From the human T2T-CHM13v2.0 reference genome, Homo sapiens, in NCBI RefSeq assembly GCF_009914755.1, contig NC_060925.1: 64,000 nt of DNA; one strand, 5' to 3'. Positions 19,666 through 33,758 of the stretch are shown here, in pieces. Under the pieces are notes generated by a model. It saw nothing but the letters and a program-made list of their open reading frames with translations, made no database searches and had not been told where the DNA came from. Numbering within the stretch: position 1 is the first letter of the stretch; each line of letters opens with the position of its first letter. Both the position numbers and the translations under genes were made by a program.

Positions 19666-21680
19666 GATAAGGTTTTTACAAACCAGTATGCTATAAATGG
19701 ACCCAGTAGTAACATGACATTGAATTGCTTCAACCAGTAACAGCTTCAAGATCCCTGCCTATGTTCCCTGCTGTGAACGTGTTTATTTGTTCCTAATAAT
19801 ACTGCCACAGTGTATTTCAAATTATTTTATGGTATGAGAGTTTGAATTTACTTGGAGTAAGATCATCTCGGCATGTAGTTGGGAGACATTATTTACTCTA
19901 TTGTTTCAGTAATTCAGAATATTGAAATAGGTCAGTCATGTCAGGAAATAGACTCTTAGGTGAACCATTCTTGAATTTGCCTTTTTCTTTGTGATTGTGA
20001 TGGATATTGTTTTGTTTTCTATCTTTGCTTTTTTTTTTCTTTCTGAAATGTTCTGGTTGTCCATCCAAATTGTAAGAATATTACATTTTGAATATCCTTT
20101 GATTATTGTAAAAATGACCCCTAGTCAGATGATTCCACAGACTTTTTGATTACTTGTCAAATGACTTTGCGGGCTTTTTTCATTTGAATTGATTTCCTAT
20201 TTTAAGGGTCAGTGTCACTTCATTGCTAAATGATACCTTTGAGCAACATGGTACATTTTAGAAACCTTATTCTCCAGAGTACTCTAAGAGAAGGGTTGTT
20301 TGGATTTTATTTGTTTATATTCTTGCCCTTTAAACTCTAGCATAACTCAGCAGGATTCGGTACTCCTTATAGAACCGTTCCCCAGAGAGAAAGTAAGCTC
20401 AGCTCTCATTTCCATGTTGAAGTTTGTATGCAAGTTTACATGGAGCTCAGAATCCAAAGTTGGCAGGATATGAAAATGTTTGTATATCATTTAATCTATT
20501 TTATTTCATTTCATTTCTGTGTTTTTATTCCCAAAGCAATTGGTTTTATTCAGGAATCAACAGACTTTTTTAAATCCATCTATAAGTTTTTGAACCAAAG
20601 CTTTACTACATTTCACAGCCATTTTTGCCACTATGCCATAATTATAAATCCTTGGCCTCAAAGAAACCTATTTAATATCTTATTCAGATTGAGATTCTAG
20701 TCTTCAGTGACATGGAATGTAGATTAGAACAATAGTTTCTGTATATCTCAATGGTCTTTACATTTGCATTTTTAGCCATTTTAACTAGCCCCTAAAAACT
20801 CTCTTTTATGACTCTGTGGATGAGCTATCTGAATTCAACAATAATTTTACTATGTATTCCCATAATACTCCTAGTCATTTAAAAAAAGGCAGGGGAATGG
20901 ACAAAGCAAATCATTCCCAATTGTTTAAGAAACCAGTGAACTCATCCCTTGCTTGGACTGCATAGAATACAGCCTGAGAGGGAAACCTGTGATTTAGTTT
21001 CTCTCTTTACCCACACAGGAGAACACTTCTGACAAGATGCCATTCGTGCTCACCGTAGTTGGTCAGAAACTGCGGCTCTGTGCTTGGCAAAAGTTAATTT
21101 GGATTTTAGATGCTGTGTGCAAGGAAACCATGTGCAGTTTTAAGCAAGGATCTTCACTGAAATTTCTCGCTGCAATCAACTACGCAGAGTGCCCAGCTCT
21201 CAGCATTTGACACAGTTGGCCACTCTTCCCTTGTCTCTCATGGCATCGTGATTTCCTGGGATACCTTTGGTCTCTTTGTCCATAGCATTCTCTATCTGGG
21301 GTACACTCACAATAGGCAGAGGAAAAACATGGTAACCAGGGTGGCTGCTGCAACATATTTGAGGGGGTCAGGGTAGGCAATGAGGTCCGAGAGGTAGCCA
21401 GGAGTTAGCTCATGTAGGACTTTGTAGGCCACTTGAGGACTGGCCTGATCTGGCTGATGGGAAACCCATAGAGGATTTTGAGTAGAAGAGTGATATGATC
21501 CAACCTGAATTTTAATGAGATCTCTTTGGCCTCTCTGTGGACTAGTTGCTGTGAAGTGGGGAAGGCTGAAGGAGGCAGACACCAATTAGGAAGCTATCAA
21601 TACTTAATCCAGGTGAAAGATGACAGTGGCTTGGACCAAGATGGTGACACCAAATGAGGCAGAGAGAGATCAATTTCTAG

Positions 21681-21998
<318 letters not shown>

Positions 21999-22242
21999 CC
22001 TCTAGATAGGTTTCTAAGTAGAGATGACATGTGTAGCTGACAGCTTGGAGGAAAGTTGTGCAAAAGAGAGGAGTCACAAAACAGTCCAGGGTTTTGGTCT
22101 CAGCCACTAGAAAACTGGTGTTACCATTTACTGATTTGGAGAAGACCATGGAAAGGAAGTTTGGGGGGTGGGAATCAGGAGTTTAATTTGGACATATTAA
22201 ATTTGAGATGATGCCAATTACATCCAAGCAAAGTTGAATAGG

Positions 22243-22244
<2 letters not shown>

Positions 22245-22282
<38 letters not shown>
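22245..22282. repeat. (TG)n microsatellite
   Basis: ~19 perfect TG units. Confidence 0.97.
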
Positions 22283-22284
<2 letters not shown>

Positions 22285-23580
22285 AGGTGTCATCAGCATT
22301 TGAAACTGAGTGAGGTCACCAAGAGAAGGAATGTTAAATAGATACGCAGTCAGAGAAATGATCTGGGCTCTTAATCATATAGAGGTCAGGAGAACCAGGG
22401 AAGGAGCAGTCAATGAGATAAGAGAATCAAGAGGGAGAGGCATTCCAAAAGCCAAACTGTTAAAAAACAAAAAAAAAGGTTTTAGCAGGGAGTAACTTTC
22501 AAAGGTTTTAGATAGGGCAATAAGACAAGATTTGAGAATTAACCATGGAGGTCATTGCATTCCTTAACAAAAACAGTTTCTATGGAGTAACGGAGATGAA
22601 AGCCTAAATTGGATTTATCCAAGAGAACAGAAGAGGAGAGAAATTGGACACAGTGTGTACAGACAGTTCTTTCAAGATTGATAAAATAAAGGAGGACAAA
22701 GGGGCCAGAGCTGCAGGGAGATGCAGGGTCAAGGTTTTTTTTCTCTAAACCTGGGATATAAATATAAATATGTATGTTTATATTGCTGCTGGTGGTAATT
22801 CAGTAGTGAGTGAAAAATTCAGAAGAGGGAGAATTGCTGGATCAATAAATGTCCTTAGGTAGGCAAGAGATGAGATGCAATGTGCAGTGGAGAGGTTCAT
22901 CCTGGAGAGGGATGCAGACAGACACTTTCTACATAGGAGTGCAGGGAAAGCAGAATGGGCACAGATGCAGGGAGGTGGGTAGCTATGGTGTCTGGACATA
23001 GGGAGGTTCTCTTCTCATTGCTTCTGTTTTCTCAGTGAAATAAGCAGCTCAGTCATTAGCTGGGAGTGAGAAACCAGAGGAAGTGGAAATTTGAGGTTAG
23101 AGAGGAAGGTTTAAACTAGTCCTCTAGGGAAATGGAAAGCAGATGGATTAGGGCAATGTGGGTGGATTGCTAGACAGCATTAAGAGTCCCTTTAAGGTTA
23201 GTGACCATACATTTAAGGCGAAAATAGTCAGTGGGATTGTGTGCTTTTGTCCAGCTGTGGTCAGCCACCCTGGTGGAGATGCATAGTGGATAGAGAATTG
23301 AATTTAACCAGGATAGAGGTTCCAGGTGAAGGCCCTGAAGGGAGAGGCAAGAGAGCTGATTGTGTATGCAAGGGGGTGAGTATAATGGTGGCCTATGGGG
23401 TTTAGTCTGAGTAAGGCAAATGAAGACATGCTGGGATTTTAGTTTCTGATGCAGCTTAGGGATCAGTGAACTCAGGGTTTTGGAGGATATTGGAAAGCTA
23501 AGAGGTGGTCAATTAGGGAGTAGAGAAGCCTGAAACTACGATTCTGGAGTGGGTGCAGGTACTGATGATTGGGTCTAGAG

Positions 23581-23795
23581 CTAGTGATTCTCAACTGGGG
23601 GGATTTCACCTCTGAGGAGGCATTTGCAATGTCTGGAGACATTTTTGGTTGTCACAACTGGAGGCAGAGGAGATACTGCTGTCATCTAGTAGAGGCCAGG
23701 GGTGCTGCTCAACATCCTACAAGGTATAGCACAGTTTCCCACAACAAAGGATTGTCTGTGGCAGTTGTCAGTAGTGCTGAGGTTGAGAAGCCCTG
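23581..23795. mobile_element. MER20 hAT-Charlie DNA transposon
   Basis: gattctcaactggggg...gcaatgtctggagacatttttggttgtcacaactgg...gaggttgagaagccctg. Confidence 0.85.
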
Positions 23796-23805
23796 GTTTA
23801 GGGTA

Positions 23806-24203
23806 TAAAAGAAAAACTTCAGCTGAATTAAATTTAAAGGAGTTTAACTGAACAAAGAATGAACTGCGAATTGGGCAGCCTTCTGAGCCAAGGTAGGCTC
23901 AGAGACGCCAGCGCAGCCACGTGGCGGAAGAAGATTTATGGACAGAAAAAGGAAAGTGATGTACAGAAAACGGGAGTGAGGTACAGAAACAGCTGCATTG
24001 ATTATAGCTCAGCATTTGCCTTACTTGAACACAATTTGAACAGTTGGCTACATTTGATTGGCCAAAACTCGGTGCTTGGCCCAAGGTGATTGGCTACGGC
24101 CTGTTTACACCTACACTTGTTATAGTTCACAGTGTACAGAAAAACCCTTAGGCTGAACTTAAAATATGTAAGGAGGCAGCTTTAGGCTAAACTTGATTGA
24201 ACA
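23806..24203 (-). mobile_element. ERV1 solo LTR (MER57-like)
   Basis: Reverse complement begins tgttcaatcaagtttagcctaaagctgcctccttacatattttaagttc; 4-bp TSD ggta at 23802-23805 and 24204-24207. Confidence 0.8.
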
Positions 24204-24720
24204 GGTATGACCATAGAAATGAGTGGCTGGGGTAGGCCTGATCTTACCCAGATTATTGGAGAAGATAAACAGACTAGGGTTTTAGAAGGTTTATCTTACA
24301 ACTGATGAAATCTCCAAAAATGATGACAAGAGTAGTATTAGAGAAAAGTGTAGATAGCCAGGGATGGGAGGAAGTTAATTTCTCAGTGTGTGGCATCATT
24401 TTCTTTTTCTTGAGCTAGCTGATGGGCTAGCTTTGGATTTCATAATCCTGGCTAAGAGCTACACGTTCAGATTAGCCAAAGAGTGTTGTGTGTTTTTTAA
24501 AAAGCCACCTGTTTATTACCTAACTTTGGTATAATGAAATCTGTGTCTTAAATAGATGCCTAAAAGCCATTTGGGAATTTGGTTAGTCTTTTTGCTCAAA
24601 ATTCTGTGACTGTAAACTTGGACACTTGGTCTAATTCCATCTTTAAATAATGTCTCGGGATGACAAGTCTTGCAGCTAGGCCTCGAGGAAGGGATCTGGT
24701 TTAAGAAAATCCTTGAAGAA

Positions 24721-25013
24721 GGCTGGGTGCGGTGGCTCACGCCTGTAATCCCAGCACTTTGGGGGGGCCGGGGCTGGTGAATCACCTGAGGTCAGGAGTT
24801 CGAGACCAGCCTGGGCAACATGGTGAAACCCCGTCTCTACTAAAAATACAAAAATTAGCTGGGCGTCGTGGTGGGTGTCTGTAATCCCAGCTACTCGGGA
24901 GGCTGAGGCAGGAGAATTGCTTGAACCCAGGAGGCGGAGGTTGCAACACTGCACTCCAGCCTGAGTGACAAGATTGAGACTCGGTCTCAAAAAAAAAAAA
25001 AAGAAAGAAAGAA
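24721..25013 (+). mobile_element. AluS with small right-arm deletion
   Basis: TSD aagaaaatccttga. Confidence 0.92.
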
Positions 25014-26214
25014 AAGAAAATCCTTGAGAAACTTTATTTATAGACTTTTAGAGACTGTGGCTTTCCAGTACTCATCACCATGGAGAAAACTAGTCAAAAT
25101 CACACAGAGTGAATAAGGGTTGCAAGCCAGTGCTGCTTCCTGGAATAAGCTGGTCCACTAGTCTAGTCTTGTGCTTTGTCCTTCATTTTGAACTCAAGTG
25201 CCCTGGGGCTGCTTTTCTGCGTACCCACAATAGCAAGGAACTCTTTTGTTTGCATCTCCTCTGAAAGAAATGCTTGTTTTGAGGTTTGGACCGCAAATAA
25301 TAATCTATTGTTCCCTGTAATAATAATCCACCCTCTTTCGCAGAAAAAAAAATCTGCTTGATGCAGTATGGCTATCAGTTTATTTAAAAGAATAGCCAAA
25401 AGTGCCCATTATGTCCTGAGAATAAACATTTGCAAGATGGTTGGGAGGAATGGGGGAGTACTCTTGTTCTCCTTGGCTGAGAGTCAGTTAAGTCTTCAAG
25501 GAGAAAAAATTCTGAAAATGACCATCAGTCCTGGCTGACAATACTCTTCCTTATTCTGCCCGTCTGTTACATTCTAAGAATTATTGCAACACTGCAGATA
25601 TTTATTCCAAACGATTTCTTTAAAAAATATGGAAGATGGGTATTTTTAAGTTACCAATTTTGGGCCAAATAAGTTTTTTTTTTCTGACTTTCATTTTGTC
25701 TGTGAAAGCATTTCTTTTATAGCAGTATGTTCAAATTAGCAATCTTTAAGAATTTGGCAAATACTTTTAACAGCAATCCTTAACAATTCCTGCAGTTGCC
25801 TACTATTGCAGATCTTGAAAAAAGAGCCATTTTTATATTCTAAGTGGTAGACACATTTCAATTACTATTTCCTGGGCTTAGGCTAACTGACAAAACTTGA
25901 TGGGTGAAATGAAAATGTGATATACGGTGTAATCAGCTGTTTACTTACCTAGCACAGTGAAATCTTATGGTAGGTATGATTGCACTAACAAAACCAAAAC
26001 ATGCATTTTTCTTCCTTAAGTTCTTTATAAGAAAAGGATCAGTTAAATAATAAATGTGGCTTTAAAATGAAGTTATATCTTAGGATAGTTTTAATTGCAT
26101 TACATATGGATGATGAGAAAAGTTCAGTGTGATAACAATTGCGTAACAGATAAGCATGAGAACTACTTAAAGAAATAAAAATATGCCCATCACCTCATTA
26201 AAAATAGACCATCA

Positions 26215-26815
26215 GGGAAGCCACCAAGAAGTCCTTCAGTAGGTGAATGAATAAACTGTGGTACATCCATACAATTTGTATATTATTCAGCAATAAAAAG
26301 AAATGAGATATTATGCCACAAAAAGACACGGAAGAAAGTTAAGTGCATATTACTAAGTGAAAGAAGGCAACCTTAAAAGGCTACATGCTGTATAATTTTA
26401 ACTAGATAACATTCTAGAAAAGGCAAACCTATAGAGACAGTATAAGGTCAGTGTTTGCCAGGGGTGTGGGGGGAAGGACGGCAGGAATAAATTGGTGTAG
26501 CACAGGGGATGCTTAGGGAGTGAAACTATTCTGTATGATACTGTAATGGTGGAGACGTCACTATTCACCTTTGTCAAAATCCATAAGATCTACAACACTA
26601 ACACAAATCCTAATGTAAACTATGGACTGTGGTTAACAATGATGTAACCATATTGGCTCATCAATTAAAACAAACGTATAACACTAATGCCAGATGTTAA
26701 TAATAGGAGAAACAGGTTGGCCATGGGAGAGTGAGGGAATATGAGAATTCTACCTTCTATTCAATGTTTCTGTAAACCTGAAACTGCTCTTTAAAAAGTC
26801 TATTAGTTTAAAAAA
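26215..26815 (+). mobile_element. L1MC/MD 3' end
   Basis: ataaactgtggtacatccatac...aactattctgtatgatactgtaatggtgg...aatgtaaactatggact. Confidence 0.8.
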
Positions 26816-27070
26816 AAAATTCAATATAACCAGACTAATAAAAATATCTTAACTAAAAAGCAATACAAACCTAAACTGTCAGCAATTATTCTGTTTATAG
26901 TGCTATTCTGATTGAACTTAGCTGTAGAATATTCTGCCAGAAATATGTAATGGCAGTGAATTACTGTATATATCTAGTAACTTTGCTGTATCTTTTCTTG
27001 TCTGGCAAAAATGCACAGTGGTATTCATGTTAAGTCCTACTTTCAACTACCCTTATTCCTTTCTCTTCAG

Positions 27071-27237
27071 TGACAGCTGGAGTATCAGCCTTGGAAGTAT
27101 ATACGCCAAAAGAAATCTTCGTGGCAAATGGTACACAAGGGAAGCTGACCTGCAAGTTCAAGTCTACTAGTACGACTGGCGGGTTGACCTCAGTCTCCTG
27201 GAGCTTCCAGCCAGAGGGGGCCGACACTACTGTGTCG
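27071..27237 (+). CDS. MPZL1: MPZL1 coding exon 2 (167 nt): end of signal peptide and N-half of Ig-V domain
   Basis: ttctcttcag|TGACAGCT...GTGTCG|gtaaga; phase 1 to 0; encodes NGT sequon, B-strand Cys (LTCKF) and C-strand Trp (VSWSF). Confidence 0.97.
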
Positions 27238-28407
27238 GTAAGAATGCTTGACTTCTCTTGGCTAGTCCTGCCTCACAGGTTTCTTTACTGCTGTATAATT
27301 GGTGATCCATTTTTCTGATGGTTCATTTCCAAAATGAGTGTATTTTTTATCTGTTATAGACTTCAAGGCCCTTCTTTTGCTTCAGGATAAAATAAGTTCA
27401 GCATCTCTTAAATGCGTCTGGTTTCCTTGTCTTTGATCAGTTCCTCTCCACCATCAAATCCCATTCTGAAATTGATCTTAATTGACCACACTGACTCTAA
27501 TCAGGATTTATCCTGCATCTTTTCATCTTTTATTGCCCCATATTTATTGATATTTGTTTTATGTATTATCAAATTTTATATATATATGTATGCATCTTCT
27601 GATTTGATTATCTTTTTTTAATTTAGCGTATAGTCCATCTGATTTAGCAATATTGATTTGGGAGCTTACTATGTAGTGGGTTATGTAGGGCCTTCAAAAA
27701 TGTCTAAAACAGAATCCTTGCTCTCACCTAGAGATGATTAGGAGGAAGGCTGATATATAGATGACTTTGGAGTAAGATAAAGGATGTAACAGAAATACAG
27801 CACCAGAGCATTGAAAAAAGGTTATTTAGTAACTAGTGGAGTGCTGGTTATTAAACATGAACTGACTATCTTGGTTCTGGTCTGTAAAATGGAGACAATA
27901 AAACCTCCCACACAAGGGTGTTAGGAGGATAAAGTAAGATTATTCAAGATAAGTGCTCAGGAGAGTGTCTAGCTCTTGAGTTACTAAAATACACCATTTG
28001 TTGTTACTGTTGCTCTCCCAGCATGTGGAATGCCCTTCATATATTGGCACATATTTTAGTACTGTTGCATGTTTCAGGTTGTCAGTGTTTAGCAAGGACA
28101 GTCTGTCATCTATCTTTAAGAATGCCCAATTCTTCTTCTGAATGGTGAGTTACATTGTTGATCACCACCTAGATGTTGGGCCCATCATATGCCTATGCCA
28201 TTTAATCTTCACAGCTCTATGAGGAAGACAGGGTGGGGAGGATGGGAGACACTGACTCAAGAGTTATTCACCTGTGGCCATACCACACAGGTTAGAATTG
28301 TTTAAACTTCAATATGGTATGATTTCCCTTATGTATTATTTCTCTCTCAGGTAGAAAAATCTGCTAATAATATTTACGGCCTCATAGGTTTTAGGGATTA
28401 CCTAAGG

Positions 28408-28615
28408 CAGTGCTTCTCAGTATTTTTTAAAATTTATTTTTAAAAGGAGCCTTTTCACATTTTTCTTAATCTCTGCCCCCTTCCATGAAATTTTAATATT
28501 GTAGATATCCTCTGCAACTGTTTTACATATAAAAGAGAAAGATTTTCTCAAAGCTTCCCACCCAAGAGCCAGTGTTTGCTCCCTTGGGGGAGAATCTCCC
28601 CTATGGAGAATGCAT
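28408..28615. mobile_element. hAT-Charlie MER relic (MER112-like)
   Basis: cagtgcttctca start; ccatgaaattttaata; gagaatgcat end. Confidence 0.4.
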
Positions 28616-29279
28616 AGTCTAGAGGTCTTTATAAGAGAGGCCTTCCCTTACAGTAGCCATAAGGGTGAGCACAGGAATCCATACAGATACCATGGAAAGA
28701 CATAAAGAGGCATTCTCTGCTTCACGTAAATATGGCATCAGCATAGAACATACACTAATGTTCCCATAGAGGCAAGATTAAACACATAAGTTTACTCAAG
28801 AGAGTCCAAAGAACTATTTAAACATTTAAAGATTTCCCACTGAAGTCTTCTGCAAGAGTGGGTGTGAGAGCCACCCAGAGGTAATAACTTTCTTTTAAAG
28901 AGCGGTTCCATTTATGCTGGAAACAGTCTTGTCGTGTAGGTCCATGAAGGTTTACATAACTCAAAACTTAATATTAAGAACATGCTGTAATTCTGATTAA
29001 TATTTTTAGCTAATCAATTTATACTTACACACGAGTCTGATTGCAGTTAATCCCAGCATGTTCAGTTATTGACATAGGATCCTTTAATTCCAAAATGTCG
29101 GGACACATTTAATAAGATGAGTGGGTTGCTTTTTTGTTTTTATAGGTTTTACAGGAAAAGTATATTCAAACCCAGTATATTCAAAAGCCATACTGTGGAT
29201 GGCTTTTTTGGCCCATGGCCTTGGGATCCACATGTCTGAAACTGAACTCATTTTTTCTCCCTTCTGTTTCCCTTTTCTG

Positions 29280-29380
29280 CTTTTTTTTTTTTTTTTTTTT
29301 TTTTAGGTTAATTGTGTTCATCTGCAGATGAGTTTTGTAATCATTTTGTTTTGTTTTGTTTTGTTTTGTTTTGTTTTGTG
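29280..29380. repeat. Poly(T) and (TTTTG)n
   Basis: T24 run, then (ttttg)7. Confidence 0.9.
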
Positions 29381-30664
29381 TTTTCTGTCCTTTCCTTCCC
29401 TGTCCCTTACCACTTCCCTTCTGCCCCCAAGAAATAAGAACCTTTGCTGGTTCTTCCTACTTTGTTTCTGGTGTCTAGCTTTTTGTCAGCCTTCCTGTGT
29501 CTCTGCTGTCTATTGAGCAATGTTAACTGTGTGCCTGGTCTTGTGCAGTAGCCCCTTTTTATTCTTCTGCTTCTGTTTTTCTCATCTTTCAATCCAACCC
29601 TCATATGCCAGCAGGTGCATAGTCTTAGAACAGCTCTTTCACCTTGCCACTGCAGGTTATCAGGAACCTAGATTCCCATTGTGGACAACATTTGTCTAGA
29701 ATTAAAAGCTCATTACAATTTGGCCCAGCCTACCACTTTAGCCTCACTTCTGTTCTCTTATGGCATCACTTCCAGTTTAGTAAAAATGCTTTGTGCTTTG
29801 TTTTCCTACTTCTGAACACTTGTCATTTAAGCTGTACCCCATTTTTACCCTCTGTCTCCTCCATAATGCCTCTTTTTTTTTTTTTAACCTTTTAGCCCTT
29901 AAAACTCACTACCCTTATCTGGGCCATTCCTATAATACAGATCCCTTAATATGACAGTTTTCCTCTTCTTCCTGAATATGGGTGTTTTAAGAGGACTTGC
30001 CTGTCTTACATCTTTAGTATACCTCATAGCTTTAGCACCATGGCTTGTACTTTAAAAATATTGATTGATAATGATTCTAGTCTTTTCTGTGAATTTTTCA
30101 CTGTTTTATTTCCATCTCTCACTGGTTTGACCAAGACGTTATTCCTCAGTTTGATTCAGCAAACTATGTAGTTCCTGCTGTGTCCAAAGTGCTAAGGAGT
30201 ACAGAGATAAATACATCTTATCCTCTGCCTTCAAATGGCCCCCATTCAATGAGGGAGCCTGACTGAGGGAGCTGTCTCAGACCCAGTGCTGAGAAACAGC
30301 ATCATGTAGCTCATCCCCGCTGGTTCAGAAATGCAAGGCAGGGAATATGTGGAGATGTTGTGGGAAGGGAAGGCAGAGAGCAGGTGATGGAAGGATTCAT
30401 TTGCAAAGCTGAGAGTTTATGGTTCATTTTCTAGTGAAGAAGAGAGAGTGAAGAACTTTGAACAGATAAGACATGATCTCACCTGAGAGGCCTTAAACAT
30501 TGGAAATAGCATAAGCTTTGAAATCAGAGCTGAGTTTGAATTCCATCTCTAAAACCTGTGACTTTGGGAAAGTCACCAAGGTTTCCTGAGCCTCACATTC
30601 CCTATTTATGAAATATCAGGTAGGCGAATCTCACCTTGCAGGGTGGTTGTGAGGGCTAGAGAGT

Positions 30665-31171
30665 TGTTGGGAGACAGTTTTCTATGGGTCTTTCACGTTT
30701 TTGCACACCTTGCTAGCAAAGGCACTGGCTGCCTTTGTTCTGGACTTTTTTTATACAGTAACTAGCTTTGGAAGGCAGAGATGATGTTACCCTCTGGAGC
30801 AAAGGACAAATTTGTGTATTCTTGAGTATAGTAAAGGTAGTGTCTCCTTTCAGGGCTGAAGTCAGACATGTCTTCTGCCCCTTGTAAGAGAATAGTGTTC
30901 CCTGAGCTTGGGGTTCCTCGGCTGTGATGCAACGCCTCTGCCTGCACAACATCCATGTGAGCCCCTCCATGTCATGGCTATGGGACTTGCGGGGCAAGAG
31001 AAACAAACACATGCTTTCTGCTCATAAGGTTCTTTGTTTCTGAGTCTTCTTCATGGGAGTGAAGATTTCACAGGAGTCCGTGTCTTCTGTCAGCACCTAT
31101 GAACCTGTGGCCAACTAACTTTGTTAGCTTGTAAGTAGGGTAAAATCTCAGACCCTTCACGGTTCTTAACA
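30665..31171 (+). mobile_element. ERVL solo LTR (LTR40-like) inserted in a MIR
   Basis: tgttgggagacagttttctatgggtc...cagacccttcacggttcttaaca; MIR sequence on both sides. Confidence 0.7.
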
Positions 31172-32489
31172 AGCATTTAGGTCATATGAAATGCAGGGTA
31201 AATATTTGATAAATGTTATAATAATAACCATTATTCTTTATCAGTGATCATTTAGGCATTGTGGAAGATGATGAGTTAGACATACCAGTTAAGAGGCCAT
31301 AGTCCAAGATGATGAAAACATAAAAACAGATATTGTCAGTGGGAACCGAATAGAGAGAAGAGAGAACTGAGAGAAACTAATGAGACATTGACAATATTGG
31401 GGGATTAACTGGATAGGAAGAAAGAGAATCAAGGATGACTTCAAGATTTATGGTTTTGGAAAGAAACAGTAGCCATCAGTGAAGACACGATACATGAAGA
31501 GGGGAAGATGAAGTTTGTAAGAGAGGGTGACAAGCTTGGGGGAGAGGGGCAGCCAGGTGGTAAAGTGAGTAGGCAAGGAGTCTAGAGCTTAGGGGACGCT
31601 ATTGATGGAGAGAGAGGTTTGGGAGTTAAGAAAATCTAGATGATCATTAAATCATAGGAATGGATGAGTCTGCACTGGGGTTTTCAGCGTGCTCAAAGGG
31701 TTCTGAAAATGTTCTGTTTGAATTGCTAATAGAGCTGGTTTCTATCCCCAGCTCCACCATCACCCCGTCCATTAACCAGAACAAAGACATCAGGCCTCCA
31801 GCATAGCTGCTTGGATTAGAGCCAAGTGTGAGGATAGATCCCCTCCCACTGGGCCTTAACCCTGCTTCCAGGTGCTGAGTTTGACAAGGTTTACTTTGAG
31901 AAGACAGTTCCTTTGCTGAAAGCAGGACTGAGGAGAGACTGAGGAGTGGAAAGAGAAAGGGGCTAAAGGCTGAACTTTCAAAAGCCGGCAAGAGTATCTT
32001 GTGTTATCTGGGCTTTGTTCCTTTCACACACCCATGACTTTTCCATAGGAAACCAGAAGGAAGAGGGAGAAACTCAGATTAGCTGATCTGAGATATTTAG
32101 GATTCTTTTCCTTTGTGCTTCTGTGTATCTTAGTGGTAAGCTAACTCAACACTAAGCTTTCTGAAGCCTTGGGAATCACTGGGCTCAATCATGGTGTTAC
32201 TGGAAGAACATTGGCTTTGAAGACTCAGATGGGCCTAAATTTTACTCTGGGTCCCCAATTTACTATCATTGGTACCTTGGGAAAATGGCTTCTCTTAAGT
32301 CTCCATTTTGTCTTTTATAAAATTATGGGTGGTAATAATTATATCAATGAAATATTGAGAGGATTAGAGATGATATATGAGTCTGATTCTTCCATTGAAA
32401 CCTGGCAGGGTTGAGTGCCGTGATCTCTAAACTTCTGTCTGGCTTAGATTCCATAACTTGTGATTTGTAATATGATGTTGCATTTCTTT

Positions 32490-33640
32490 TTTTTTTTTTT
32501 TTTAATTGATCATTCTTGGGTGTTTCTCGGAGAGGGGGATGTGGCAGGGTCATAGGATAATAGTGGAGAGAAGGTCAACACGTGAACAAAGGTCTCTGGT
32601 TTTCCTAGGCAGAGGTCCCTGCGGCCTTCCGCAGTGTTTGTGTCCCTGGGTACTTGAGATTAGGGAGTGGTGATGACTCTTAACGAGTATGCTGCCTTCA
32701 AGCATCTGTTTAACAAAGCACATCTTGCACCGCCCTTAATCCATTTCACCCTGAGTTGACACAGCACATGTTTCAGAGAGCATGGGGTTGGGGGTAAGGT
32801 TTATAGATTAACAGCATCCCAAGGCAGAAGAATTTTTCTTAGTACAGAACAAAATGGAGTCTCCTATGTCTACTTCTTTCTACACAGACACAGTAACAAT
32901 CTGATCTCTCTTTCTTTTCCCCACATTTCCCCCTTTTCTTTTTGACAAAACCGCCATCGTCATCATGGCCCGTTCTCAATGGTCGCTGTCTCTTCAGAGC
33001 TGTTGGGTACACGTGCAGAAAGGCTGTCACTTCACACTTGGAAGATTGCACAGCGGCCAGGCAGAGGCGCTCCTCACTTCCCAGACGGGGTGGTGGCCGG
33101 GCAGAGGCGCTCCTCACTTCCCAGACAGGGTGGCCGGGCAGAGGGGCTCCTCACATCCCAGAGGATGGGCGGCCAGGCAGAGACGCTCCTCACTTCCTAG
33201 ATGGGGTGGCAGCTGGGCAGAGGCTGTAATCTTAGTACTTTGGGAGACCAAGGCAGGTGGCTGGGAGGTGGAGGTTGCAGCGAGCCGAGATCACACCACT
33301 GCACTCCAGCCTGGGCAGCATTGAGCATTGAGTGAGCAAGACTCCATCTGCAAACCCAGCACCTTGGGAGGCTGAGGCAGGCAGAACACTCCAGGTCAGG
33401 AGCTGGAGGCCAGCCCGGTCAACACGGCAAAACCCCTCTCCACCAAAAATACAAAAACCAGTCAGGCGTGGCCGCACGTGCCTGCAATCCCAGGCAGTCG
33501 GCAGGCCGAGGCAGGAGAATCACAGGAGCCCGAGGCAGGGAGGTTGCAGCGAGCCGAGATCACGGCAGTACAGTCCAGCCTCAGCAACAGAGGGAGACCG
33601 AAAAAAGGAGGAGAGAGAGGGGGAGAGGGAGAGGGAGAGA
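32490..33640 (-). mobile_element. SVA retrotransposon (short VNTR, old subfamily likely)
   Basis: On the minus strand: CCCTCT hexamers 33607-33640, Alu-like ~33215-33600, GC-rich VNTR ~33050-33215, SINE-R ~32505-33050, poly(A); 16-bp TSD gatgttgcatttcttt at 32474-32489 and 33641-33656. Confidence 0.95.
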
Positions 33641-33758
33641 GATGTTGCATTTCTTTCCGTATGAAGTCTTTAAAAGAACCTTTCATAGCATGCACATTAC
33701 AGAGTTTAGGAATTCTGCCTTTGAGAATAGTTCATGTGTTCCTTTTTTCTAATTGCAG

